64,000 bases of DNA from an uncultured Hyphomicrobiales bacterium (GTDB taxonomy: Bacteria > Pseudomonadota > Alphaproteobacteria > Rhizobiales > Xanthobacteraceae): positions 1,344 to 65,343 of the forward strand of contig CAZIGW010000055.1 of NCBI GenBank assembly GCA_964538565.1, written 5' to 3'. The stretch's first letter is position 1; the number at the start of each line of letters is the position of its first letter. Below the pieces are notes generated by a model, which was not told the DNA's origin, did not search any database, and was given only the letters and a program-made list of their open reading frames with translations. The translations under genes and the position numbers were made by a program. Of the stretch, positions 53,844 through 62,822 are shown piece by piece.

Positions 53844-55217
53844 TCACCCGCGCAAGATACGAAGATCGACAGCGCGCTCGAAAAAGCCGTTGGCGAGCGC
53901 GAGTGCAGCCGCGATCCGGGCGTCGTCCCAGCCGCCGTGGCGCGCGTTGAGCGTGAATTTTTGCTCGATGTCGGAGCGGCTCAAGGGCTCGTGCGCGCCG
54001 CCGCGAATGTGCGGCTGGCGCTCCTCGACCACGCGGCCGTCGCGCAGTTCGGCGCGGATGTGGCCGGTGAAATTGTTCGGGTAGGGATTGTCGGGATCGA
54101 TCACGTAGCGCACCTTCTCGGCGACCGCGACGACCGCCGGGTCCTTGACGGCGGCGTCGGTGAAGGAATCTAGCCCGACGTTGCCGCGGACGAAGCCGGC
54201 GGCGATGCAATAGGGCGTCGAGAACTTGGCGCCGTAGCCGTTCGACGGCTTCTGTTTGGCGGCGAGCGGCTCCCACAGCCGGTGCACGGTGCCCTCGCCG
54301 ACCTCGCAGACGAGCGCCGCGATGTCCTCGGCCTTGATGCCGGTGGCCGCCAGCCGGCGTGCGCAGTCGATGTACGGATGGGTCATCGTGCCGCACGGAT
54401 AGAGCTTGAACGCCAGCGTTTCGGTCACCCAGCGCGTGCCGAAGTCGCCGATCAGCGCGTCATAGTCGCCCTTGGGAGTGTGCGCAAAGGCGTAGAACAG
54501 CCCGTGCGTGCCCTCGATCACGGTGCGCGGGCCGTTGAACCCGTGCCGTGCAAGCAGTGCCGCGCGCACCCCCGACTGGGCCGCCCAACCAGGATGCAGC
54601 CGCTTGGTCCAGGCGCCTTCCGCCAGGTACTCGATGATGCCGCTTGCCAGGCTGCCGGCGATCCCGAGCGCATCGACGATCTGGCGCCGCTCGAGGCGCA
54701 GCGCGGCAGCGACGCCCGCCGCCGCCGCCATGGCCCCGAGCACGGCGGTCGGATGGAAGCCGGCGCGGTGCACCGCCTTGGGGACGACGAGCCCCAGCCG
54801 GCACAGGGTTTCGACACCGACCGCGATGCCAAGCAGTGCGCTCGCGCCGTCGGGCTTGTAGCGCTCGCACGCCGCGAGCACCGCCGGCACGATGACGGCG
54901 CCCGCATGCACCGGCCCGCCCTCGAACGTGTCGTCGAAATCCTCGCCGTGGATCGCGGTGCCGTTGACGAAGGCGGCGCCGGCGGCGCTGAGCGTGGGCG
55001 CATGGCCGATCGCCGTGCAGGGCCCCTCCTCGTCCCAGCCGCCGAGCGCGCTTTTCACGTAGTCCTCGTTGCGCGCCGTGAGGCAGAGCCCCATCACGTC
55101 GACCAGCAGGTCCTCGCATTTCGCCCGCAGGCTCTGCGGCAGACGCCCTGCGTCGAGCCCGCGGATGCGGTCGGCGAGATGTTCGGCGACCGCGACGTCA
55201 GGAAGCAATTCGGTCAT
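53844..55217 (-). CDS. MmgE/PrpD-family protein (2-methylcitrate dehydratase-like)
   Basis: ORF 53844..55217(-). 457 aa. PrpD-type motifs GAAFVNGTAIHGEDFDD and HPTAVLGAMAAAAG. Confidence 0.85.
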   Translation of the reverse strand: MTELLPDVAVAEHLADRIRGLDAGRLPQSLRAKCEDLLVDVMGLCLTARNEDYVKSALGGWDEEGPCTAIGHAPTLSAAGAAFVNGTAIHGEDFDDTFEGGPVHAGAVIVPAVLAACERYKPDGASALLGIAVGVETLCRLGLVVPKAVHRAGFHPTAVLGAMAAAAGVAAALRLERRQIVDALGIAGSLASGIIEYLAEGAWTKRLHPGWAAQSGVRAALLARHGFNGPRTVIEGTHGLFYAFAHTPKGDYDALIGDFGTRWVTETLAFKLYPCGTMTHPYIDCARRLAATGIKAEDIAALVCEVGEGTVHRLWEPLAAKQKPSNGYGAKFSTPYCIAAGFVRGNVGLDSFTDAAVKDPAVVAVAEKVRYVIDPDNPYPNNFTGHIRAELRDGRVVEERQPHIRGGAHEPLSRSDIEQKFTLNARHGGWDDARIAAALALANGFFERAVDLRILRG

Positions 55218-55220
55218 GGA

Positions 55221-56939
55221 TCAGTTGTTCCGGAGACGATAGCCGCCGAAGCCGGGAATCCGGTTGGCGAGGATGACGACAGCGAGCGTGATGGCGAGCA
55301 TGATGAGGCCGAGCACCGCGATGGCGCCGAGGTCGCCGCTTTCGTTGAGATCGAAGATCAGCACCGACACGACCTTCGTCTCCGAGGTGAACAGCATGAT
55401 GGCGGCGGAGAGTTCGCGGATGACGCCGACGAAGATGAAGCACCAAGTGGCGATCACGCTGGTGCGCAGCAGCGGCGCGGTGATCCGCGCCAGCGTGCGC
55501 AGGCGCGTCGCGCCGAGAATACGGCTCGCCTCCTCGAGGTCGGGATGCACGACCCGGAAGGCCGACTGGAGCTGCTGGTAGGCCGCGGGCAGCGCGATGG
55601 TGACGAACGCGATGAGCAGGATCCACAACGTGCCGTAGAGCACGAACGGCGGGCGCGCGTAGCTGAGAAAGAGCCCGACGCCGAGCACGATGCCGGGCAC
55701 GGCGACCGGCGCGGTCGCCAGGAATCCCAGCACCCGGTGGCCGGCGATCGCCTTGCGGGTGGTCAGATAGGCGATCACCACCGCCATCACCGTGCCGATG
55801 GTCGCGGTGAGGGTGCAGAGGATGAAGGTGTTCTTGAAGGCGAGCCTGGTGGCCGAGAGCTCGAAGAAGACGAAATCGATGTTGTGGAAGGTGAAGTTGT
55901 CGAACCACACGACCTGCGAGGGAATGCGCGAGAACGCGGCGTTGAGAAGCGCGCCGTAGGGAAGAATGACAGGGTTGAGCAGGACGATGAACGAGATGGC
56001 GAGCGCGAGCCATTTCCAGCCGCCGAGACGGACGAGGCGCGGATTGCCCTGCCGGCCGCCGACCACCGAGTAGCTGCGCCGGCCCAAAATCGCATGCTCG
56101 GCGCGCAGCAGCAGCACGGTGAGGACGAGCAGCGGCAGCGAGGCTGCGGCGGCGAGCTCGGGCTTGGGCGGATACTGAAAGAGGCTCCAGATCTTGGTCG
56201 TCATCGTGTGGAAGCCGGCGGGCAGCGCCAGGATCGCCGGCGAGCCGAACAAGGTCATGGCCTGCAGGAAGGCGACGAGCGCGCCGGCGAGCACGGCCGG
56301 GAGGGCGAGCGGAATGGTCACGCGCCGCGCCGTCGTCCAGATGCGCCCGCCGAGGATCGAGGATGCATCCTCGAGGTCGCCCGGGATGCGATCGAGCGAG
56401 TTGGCGACCAGCACGAAGACGTAGGGGAACGTGTAGCAGGAGATGACGAAAATCAGGCCGGGCAGCGTATAGATGTTGAACAGATACTCGTCCTGCGGGG
56501 CGTCGGTGAGGGCGCGGAAGGCCTTGTTGAGAAGACCGCTGTTCGGCGCCGCCAGCAGTTCCCAGGCGATGGCGCCGAGGAACGGGGGCGTGACGAAGGA
56601 GGCCGTCACCAGGGCGCGCATGGTTCGCCGGAACGGCATGTCGGTGCGCGCGACCAGCCAGCCCATCGGGGCGGCGACGAGGCAGCAGATGATGCTCGAG
56701 CTCGTCGCCAGGATCACGGTTGTCACCAGGGGGTCGACGAACACCGGACTGGTGACGAGCTGGCGGAAATTGTCGAACGTGAAGGAGCCCGCCTGGTCGG
56801 TCAGGCTGAAGTAGACCAGCCACGACAGCGGCATCAGGATGAGGATGCAGAGCAGCGCGACGAAGCCGAACAGGATCGGCCACGAGGCGTCGAATCGGAA
56901 GGTCCGGGGCTCGGCCGGAGCCGGCAGGGCGACGGTCAA
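55221..56939 (-). CDS. Two-module ABC permease of the ferric/thiamine/polyamine (FbpB-like) type
   Basis: ORF 55221..56939(-). TTG start with GGAGGAA 4-5 nt upstream. 572 aa with two MetI-like modules (about 12 TM). Confidence 0.85.
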   Translation of the reverse strand: MTVALPAPAEPRTFRFDASWPILFGFVALLCILILMPLSWLVYFSLTDQAGSFTFDNFRQLVTSPVFVDPLVTTVILATSSSIICCLVAAPMGWLVARTDMPFRRTMRALVTASFVTPPFLGAIAWELLAAPNSGLLNKAFRALTDAPQDEYLFNIYTLPGLIFVISCYTFPYVFVLVANSLDRIPGDLEDASSILGGRIWTTARRVTIPLALPAVLAGALVAFLQAMTLFGSPAILALPAGFHTMTTKIWSLFQYPPKPELAAAASLPLLVLTVLLLRAEHAILGRRSYSVVGGRQGNPRLVRLGGWKWLALAISFIVLLNPVILPYGALLNAAFSRIPSQVVWFDNFTFHNIDFVFFELSATRLAFKNTFILCTLTATIGTVMAVVIAYLTTRKAIAGHRVLGFLATAPVAVPGIVLGVGLFLSYARPPFVLYGTLWILLIAFVTIALPAAYQQLQSAFRVVHPDLEEASRILGATRLRTLARITAPLLRTSVIATWCFIFVGVIRELSAAIMLFTSETKVVSVLIFDLNESGDLGAIAVLGLIMLAITLAVVILANRIPGFGGYRLRNN

Positions 56940-56969
56940 GACGTTCCTCCGCTCGCGTTCATCGGCGTC

Positions 56970-58031
56970 TCACACACGGAAGAGCTTCGCGTAGCGCGCC
57001 TTGATGTCCTCGCTCTGCGCCTCGACCGCCGCCGGATCCTCCTTCATCAGCTTGATGTCGCGCAACGCCTTGCGCCCGGGTTTTTCCTTCACGAGCGCGT
57101 GGACCGAATGCTGAGCGGCAAAATCCACCAGGATCTGCTGCCCTTCCGCGGACAGGAGCCAGTTCTGGAACAGCCGCGCCGCGTTCGGATTGGGCGCGGA
57201 CTTGAGAATGGCGCTCGGCCCGCTCACCACCGGGGTGCCCTCGAGCGGATAGACCACCTCGACCGGCTGCCCGCGCTCCTTGAGCTGCACCAGGTTGTAG
57301 TCGTTGCCGTCCGCCATGACGGCGCGCTCGCCGAGCGCCAGCTTCTTCGGCGGATCGGTGGAGGATTGGAGCTGCAGCACCTTCTGCTTCGCGAGCTTTT
57401 CCAGATACTCCCAGCCGAGGTCGCGCGCGATCTGGAACGTCGCCGTCATGATCGTGCCGCTGTAGGCGGGGTGCGCCTTGACGATCTTGCCGGTCCATTT
57501 CGGATCGAGCAGGTCGGCGAAGCTCTTCGGCGCCTCCTCCGCCTTCACCAGGTTGGTGTTGTAGCCGAGCGAGCTCAGCCAGATGCGCGAGGTCGCATAC
57601 ATTCCGTCAGGATCGACGTAGCGCGGGTCGAAGTGACGCGCGACGTCTTCCGGCAGATGCGGCGCGAGCCAGCCCTTGCGCTTCCAGAACAGAAAGTGAG
57701 CGGCATCCGCGCTGTTGACGACATCGGCCGCATAGATGCCGCTCCCGTATTCCTGGCCGAGCCGCTGAAACAGCCGTTCGCTGCCCGTGCGTTCGACCCG
57801 CACGGATATGCCCGGAAACTTCGCCTCGAACGATCGCGCCAGATGCTCGCCGACCGGGAGGTCCATGACGCTGTACCAGACGACCTTGCCCTCGCGGCGC
57901 GCCGCGTCGACGAGCTGCGGGGTGATGGCCGAGGCCTCGGGCGCCGCCGCCCGCAACGGCTCGGCGAAGAGCGTCAGGGCGGCGGCGGCCGAGCCCTTGA
58001 GGAGCGTGCGTCTCGAAAGTCCCGCATGCAT
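56970..58031 (-). CDS. Extracellular solute-binding protein, FbpA/family-1 type (paralogue 1)
   Basis: Tail of ORF 56970..58214(-) from ATG 58031. Tat-like leader MHAGLSRRTLLKGSAAAALTLFAEPLRAAA. Motifs GKVVWYSVMDLP and GYNTNLVKAEEAPKSFADLLDPKW. Confidence 0.85.
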   Translation of the reverse strand: MHAGLSRRTLLKGSAAAALTLFAEPLRAAAPEASAITPQLVDAARREGKVVWYSVMDLPVGEHLARSFEAKFPGISVRVERTGSERLFQRLGQEYGSGIYAADVVNSADAAHFLFWKRKGWLAPHLPEDVARHFDPRYVDPDGMYATSRIWLSSLGYNTNLVKAEEAPKSFADLLDPKWTGKIVKAHPAYSGTIMTATFQIARDLGWEYLEKLAKQKVLQLQSSTDPPKKLALGERAVMADGNDYNLVQLKERGQPVEVVYPLEGTPVVSGPSAILKSAPNPNAARLFQNWLLSAEGQQILVDFAAQHSVHALVKEKPGRKALRDIKLMKEDPAAVEAQSEDIKARYAKLFRV

Positions 58032-58119
58032 GGCGTCCTCCCCCGAACGGGCGCGTCCCGGTCGCGTAGCGGGAGCGCCGTTGCGAACCGCGGTCCCGCT
58101 CAGTCTCTTCTGGCTCAGA

Positions 58120-58207
58120 GCATGATCCTTTCCGAAAAACGATATCCACTTTTCGGGATCATGCCCTGGAGCACGTTCCGGTCTGGAAGATTCGGAACGC
58201 GCTCCAG
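58120..58207. repeat. REP-like double hairpin between the two binding-protein genes
   Basis: Hairpin 1, 58120-58164: GCATGATCC..CGAAAA / TTTTCG..GGATCATGC, with a 4-nt bulge. Hairpin 2, 58166-58207: CTGGAGCaCGTTCCG / CGGAACGcGCTCCAG, 15 bp with one mismatch. The GATCATGC/TTTTCGG core resembles a repeat family common in Rhizobiales intergenic DNA (from memory). Confidence 0.5.
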
Positions 58208-58262
58208 ACTCCATATTCGGTCGCGTCTTGCGCGGCGAACCGGTCCGCTTCGCCGGAATGCT

Positions 58263-59330
58263 CTAGACGTGGAAGATCTTGACGTATCGCGCCTTGATCT
58301 CCTCGCCCATCTTCTCGACGGCGGCCGCGTCGTCCTTCATCACCTTGATGTCCTTGAACGGACGGCGGCCGGGCTTCTCCTTCGTCAGCGGATGCATCGA
58401 ACGCAGCCCGCCGACGTCGATGATGAGCTGCTGCGCCGCCGGCGTGAAGCAGTAGCTCTGGAACAGGCGCCCGGCGTTCGGGTTCGGCGCGTTCTTCATC
58501 AGGCCGTTCGGTCCGACGATGAGCGGCGCGCCTTCGGTCGGATAGACGATCTCCACCGGTCGGCCCGATTCCTTGAGCTGGAACATGTTGTATTCATTGC
58601 CGTCGGCCATCACGGCGCGCTCGCCGAGCGCCAACTTCTTCGGCGGATCGGCGGAGGACTGCTCCTGCATGATATTCTGCTTGGCGAGCTTCTCGTAGTA
58701 TTCCCAGCCGAGGTCGCGCGACATCTGGTAGGTCGCGGTCATGATCGTGCCGCTGTAGCCCGGATGCGCCTTGACGATCTTGCCCTTCCATTTGGGATCG
58801 AGCAGGTCGGCGAAGCTCTTCGGCGCCTCCTCGGCCTTCACGAGATTCGTGTTGTAGCCGATCACGCTGAGCCACACGCGGAAGCTCGCGAACATGCCGT
58901 CCGGGTCCTTGTGCTCGGCCGGGTAGTGCTTGGCGACGTCCTCGGGGACGTACGGGGCGAGGATGCCGTTGCGCTTCCAGACGATGAAGTGCGCGGCGTC
59001 CGAGGAGTTGACCACGTCGACGGCGTGAATTCCGCTGCCGTATTCCTGGCCGATGCGCTGGAACACGCGCTCGGCGCCGGTGCGCTCGACCCGCACCGAG
59101 ATGCCCGAGTATTTTTCCTCGAACGACTTGGCGATCTTCTCGGCGAGCGGCAGGTCCACCGACGTATACCACACGACCTTGCCCTCCTTGCGCGCCGCCT
59201 CGATCAACTGCGGGGTGATCGCGGTCGCCTCGGGCGCGGCCGCCCGGATCGGCGAGGCAAAGACCGTCGTCGCGGCAAGCGCCGTCGACCCTTTCAAGAC
59301 ATCGCGTCTCGAGAACTTGCTTTCTCGCAT
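58263..59330 (-). CDS. Extracellular solute-binding protein, FbpA/family-1 type (paralogue 2)
   Basis: Tail of ORF 58263..59399(-) from ATG 59330. Leader MRESKFSRRDVLKGSTALAATTVFASPIRAAA. About two-thirds identical to paralogue 1 by eye. Confidence 0.85.
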   Translation of the reverse strand: MRESKFSRRDVLKGSTALAATTVFASPIRAAAPEATAITPQLIEAARKEGKVVWYTSVDLPLAEKIAKSFEEKYSGISVRVERTGAERVFQRIGQEYGSGIHAVDVVNSSDAAHFIVWKRNGILAPYVPEDVAKHYPAEHKDPDGMFASFRVWLSVIGYNTNLVKAEEAPKSFADLLDPKWKGKIVKAHPGYSGTIMTATYQMSRDLGWEYYEKLAKQNIMQEQSSADPPKKLALGERAVMADGNEYNMFQLKESGRPVEIVYPTEGAPLIVGPNGLMKNAPNPNAGRLFQSYCFTPAAQQLIIDVGGLRSMHPLTKEKPGRRPFKDIKVMKDDAAAVEKMGEEIKARYVKIFHV

Positions 59331-59377
59331 GGTGCTCCTCCCTTGTCGCCCGGCCTTCGTTGTGCCTGAACGTCGGT

Positions 59378-60442
59378 CTATCCGGTCAGCGCCCGGCAAC
59401 GCTCGGGCGGGACATGCAGCCAGACCTGCGTGCCTTGCGGAACACTCGTTTCCGGCGCGGTGACGACGCGCAGTTGTGTCCGATCGGCAAGTTCAACCAT
59501 ATAGTCGCGCGTGCCCCCGAGAAAGACGTTTCGCACCACCGTCGCCGGCAGCACGTTCTCGCCCGCGTCGGCCGGCGGCGCCGTCAGCAGCCGAATGTCG
59601 TGCTGACGGATCGACAGGGCCGTCTCGCCTCCCGGAACGAGCCTGCCACCGGCGCAGCGCACCGGCACGCCGGCGAGCGCGATGCGGCTGTCGTCGAGCG
59701 TCTTGCCCTTGACGACGTTGCTGGCGCCGATGAAGCGGGCGACGAATTCCGAGCGCGGTCGGTCGTAGATCTCCTAGGGCGGGCCGACCTGTTCGACCTT
59801 TCCGGCGTTCATCACGGCGATCAGATCGGCCGTCGTCATCGCTTCCGACTGGTCGTGTGTGACGTAAATGGTCGTGTAGCGGTATTCGTCGTGCAGCCGC
59901 CGCACCTCGAAACGCATCTCTTCGCGCAGGTTGGCGTCAAGATTCGACAGCGGCTCGTCGAGCAGCAGGGTCTGCGGCTCGACGATCAGCGCGCGGGCGA
60001 GCGCGACCCGTTGCTGCTGGCCGCCGGAAAGCTCGCCCGGATAGCGCCCGGCGAGGTCGGACAGGCGAGTCGTCGCCAGGATCCCCTCGACCTTCTTGGC
60101 GATCACCTCGCGGCCGAGCTTGCGCAGGGTCATCCCGTACGCGACGTTCTCGGCCCCCGTCATGTGCGGCCAGAGCGCATAGCTCTGGAAGATCATCGAC
60201 ATGTTGCGGGTCTCCGGCGGCAGCGTGCGGGCCGGCGAGGAGACCACGCGGTCGCCGACGGCGATCTCGCCCGCCGTCGGTTCGACGAAGCCCGCGATCA
60301 AGCGCAGGGTCGTCGTCTTGCCGCACCCCGAGGGGCCGAGCAGGCACACGAGCAGTCCGTGGTCGATGCGCAGCGACACGTCATCGACGACGGCAAGACC
60401 GCCGTAGTGCTTGGTCAGTCCACGCAACTCGACCGAGGCCAC
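59378..60442 (-). pseudogene. ABC ATP-binding protein (FbpC/PotA-like with C-terminal TOBE domain) interrupted by one in-frame TAG
   Basis: GTG 60442 (GGAAGGAA upstream) opens a frame with [24 protein letters not shown] and LLLDEPLSNLD. The frame stops at TAG 59776..59774 inside the conserved ..VEQVGPP*EIYDRPRSEFVARFIGASNVV.. region. The same frame then continues through the TOBE domain to the stop at 59378. The track splits it into ORFs 59774..61261 and 59378..59668. Confidence 0.75.
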
Positions 60443-60567
60443 TTCCTTCCCCCCATCGCCCTTCTGCCGGACGCGGCGCCGCGCCCGGCCCGGGGCATCG
60501 TTCAGCCTACCAACATCGCACTCCCGATCGATCAGCCTGTGTCTTTTCGTCGCGCACGGGGCGGCGA

Positions 60568-61359
60568 TCAGGTGCCGGTGAAATTCGGCTTGCGCTTCTC
60601 CATGAAGGCCGTGCGGCCTTCGACATAGTCGTTGCTGGCGAAGCACTGCCTGACCATCTCGGAGCAGCGCGCCATGTCGCGCTTGCCCTCGTCCTTGATC
60701 GCCTCGCCGACGATGAACTTGACGGAGTTGACCGTCAGCGGCGCATTGCCGGCGATCGTGTCGGCGTAGTTCGCGACGTAGCTTTCGAGCTCCGCCTCCG
60801 GCACGACCCGGTTGACGAGACCCATGGCGAGCGCCTCCCCGGCGTCGAACTGGCGCGCCGTGAAGAAGATCTCCTTGGCGAAGGACGGCCCGACCACGTC
60901 GATCAGCCGCTTGAGTCCCGGATAGTCGTAGCCGAGGCCGAGCTTCGCCGCCGGCACCGCGAAGCGCGAGTTGTCGGAGCAGATGCGCAGGTCGCAGGCG
61001 ACCGCCAGACCGAGGCCGCCGCCGATGCAATAGCCGCGGATCATGGCGATCGTCGGCTTGGGAAATTCGTGCACGCTGGCGTAGGTCTTCTCGGTCATGG
61101 CGTTGTAGCGGGCAACCGCATCGAGGGTCGCGCGCTCGTCGCCGAACCTGGAAATGTCGGCGCCGGAAACGAAGGCCTTGCCGCCCGCGCCGGTGAGCAC
61201 GACGACGCGCACCTCGGGATCGGCGGCGAAATCCGCGAGCATGCGGGCGGTGGCTTCCCACATGTCGAACGACACGGCGTTGTGCCGCTGCGGATTGTTG
61301 AAGATCACGTAGCCGACGCGACCCTCCTTGCGGGACAGCATCTTGTCGGTTTGCGTCAT
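60568..61359 (-). CDS. Enoyl-CoA hydratase/isomerase (crotonase) family protein
   Basis: ORF 60568..61359(-). Oxyanion-hole region LTGAGGKAFVSGADIS and GYCIGGGLGLAVACDLR. Confidence 0.9.
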   Translation of the reverse strand: MTQTDKMLSRKEGRVGYVIFNNPQRHNAVSFDMWEATARMLADFAADPEVRVVVLTGAGGKAFVSGADISRFGDERATLDAVARYNAMTEKTYASVHEFPKPTIAMIRGYCIGGGLGLAVACDLRICSDNSRFAVPAAKLGLGYDYPGLKRLIDVVGPSFAKEIFFTARQFDAGEALAMGLVNRVVPEAELESYVANYADTIAGNAPLTVNSVKFIVGEAIKDEGKRDMARCSEMVRQCFASNDYVEGRTAFMEKRKPNFTGT

Positions 61360-61425
61360 CTCACCAGGTCCTTCATGGCAAATCCCTCACGTCAGCCGTC
61401 CCTGCTTTCTCGCGCATGGAGCCGA

Positions 61426-62619
61426 TCATATCGCATCGGCCGCACGCAGGGCGGCGATCTCCTTGCCGGAGAATCCGAATTCCCTGAGCACCGCGTCGGT
61501 GTGCTCGCCGAGGTCGGGCGGCGGCGCGGCGAGCCGGCTCGGCGTGCGCGACAGGGATACCGGCTGGGCGAGCAGCCGCAGCGGCTTGCGCCCGCGCCGC
61601 TCGACCGTCTGGGCGACGCCGAGATGCTTCACCTGTGGGTCGTCGAACACCTGGTCGATCGAATAGATCGGCCCGCACGGCACCCCGCTCTTGTTGAAAC
61701 GCTCGACCCATTCGGCGCTCGTCTTGCCGACGAGGTAGCGGTCGATCTCGGCATTGAGCGCGTCGCGGTTCTTCGAGCGCGCGGCGGCGGTGGCGTACTC
61801 CGGACGCTCCATCAGCGTCGGCACTTCGATCGCGTGGCAGAACCGCTCCCAGATCTTCTGGCCCGTGGTGGCGATGTTGATGTAGCCGTCGGCCGTCTTG
61901 AACACGCCGGTCGGAATGCTGGTCGGATGATTGTTGCCGGCCTGCTTCGGGACCTCGCCATTGACCAGCCAGCGCGCGCCCTGAAAGTCGAGCATGAAGA
62001 TCTGTGCCTGCAGCAGCGAGGTCTCGACCTGCTGCCCCTTGCCGGATTTCTCGCGCTCGATCAGCGCGAGGAGAATGCCCTGGGCGCAGAACAATCCGGC
62101 GCAGAGGTCGGCGATCGGGATGCCGACGCGTACCGGCCCCTGCCCGGGCAGTCCGGTGATCGACATGAGGCCGCCCATGCCTTGCGCGATCTGGTCGAAG
62201 CCCGGCCGGTCGCGATAGGGGCCGGTCTGCCCGAAGCCCGAGATGCTGGCGTAGATGAGCCGCGGGTTGATGCGGCGCAGGCTCTTGTAGTCGATGCCGA
62301 GCCGCTCCTTCACATCCGGGCGGAAGTTCTCCACCACCACGTCGGCCTTGCGCACCATGCGGCGGAAGGCGGCCACGCCCTGTGGCGATTTCAGGTTGAG
62401 CGTGATGCCGCGCTTGTTGCGGTGGAGATTCTGAAAATCGGGCCCTTCGCGCGGGCCGCCGAGGGGCTCGCCCGTTTCCAGATGGGCCGGCGTTTCGATC
62501 TTGATTACGTTGGCGCCCCAGTCCGCGAGCTGGCGCACGCAGGTCGGACCCGAGCGGACACGTGTGAGATCGAGGACGGTGAACCGCGAAAGGGCCTTGG
62601 AAGCCCGGGGAAACGGCAT
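61426..62619 (-). CDS. Family III CoA-transferase (CaiB/BaiF/Frc family)
   Basis: ORF 61426..62619(-). Motifs FTVLDLTRVRSGPTCVRQLADWGANVIKIE and RPGFDQIAQGMGGLMS (catalytic Asp region). Confidence 0.9.
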   Translation of the reverse strand: MPFPRASKALSRFTVLDLTRVRSGPTCVRQLADWGANVIKIETPAHLETGEPLGGPREGPDFQNLHRNKRGITLNLKSPQGVAAFRRMVRKADVVVENFRPDVKERLGIDYKSLRRINPRLIYASISGFGQTGPYRDRPGFDQIAQGMGGLMSITGLPGQGPVRVGIPIADLCAGLFCAQGILLALIEREKSGKGQQVETSLLQAQIFMLDFQGARWLVNGEVPKQAGNNHPTSIPTGVFKTADGYINIATTGQKIWERFCHAIEVPTLMERPEYATAAARSKNRDALNAEIDRYLVGKTSAEWVERFNKSGVPCGPIYSIDQVFDDPQVKHLGVAQTVERRGRKPLRLLAQPVSLSRTPSRLAAPPPDLGEHTDAVLREFGFSGKEIAALRAADAI

Positions 62620-62822
62620 TCTGGACGTCTCCTGAAAAACTCGTTCTTGCGATCACGGTTTTTGGCCGGGCCCCTCGTGGTCCGGCGCGAAACCTTCCCC
62701 GATCTTCGCCGGATTGTCCACCGCCCACCCGCAAGGTCCGAACCCTTGTGTTTCGCCGGCCCGGCATCTTGACGCCGGCAATCCCGCCTGATGGCATCCC
62801 GCCGCGAACGAGGGGAGACGAA

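Noticed and set aside
54282-59369. 1695-aa plus-strand ORF, the longest in the track
   Set aside because: It runs antisense across five well-supported minus-strand genes: PrpD, the permease, both binding proteins and part of the spacer. Its translation is low-complexity Arg/Gly/Ala/Asp/Glu-rich with no recognisable domain. Long stop-free antisense frames are expected in DNA this GC-rich.
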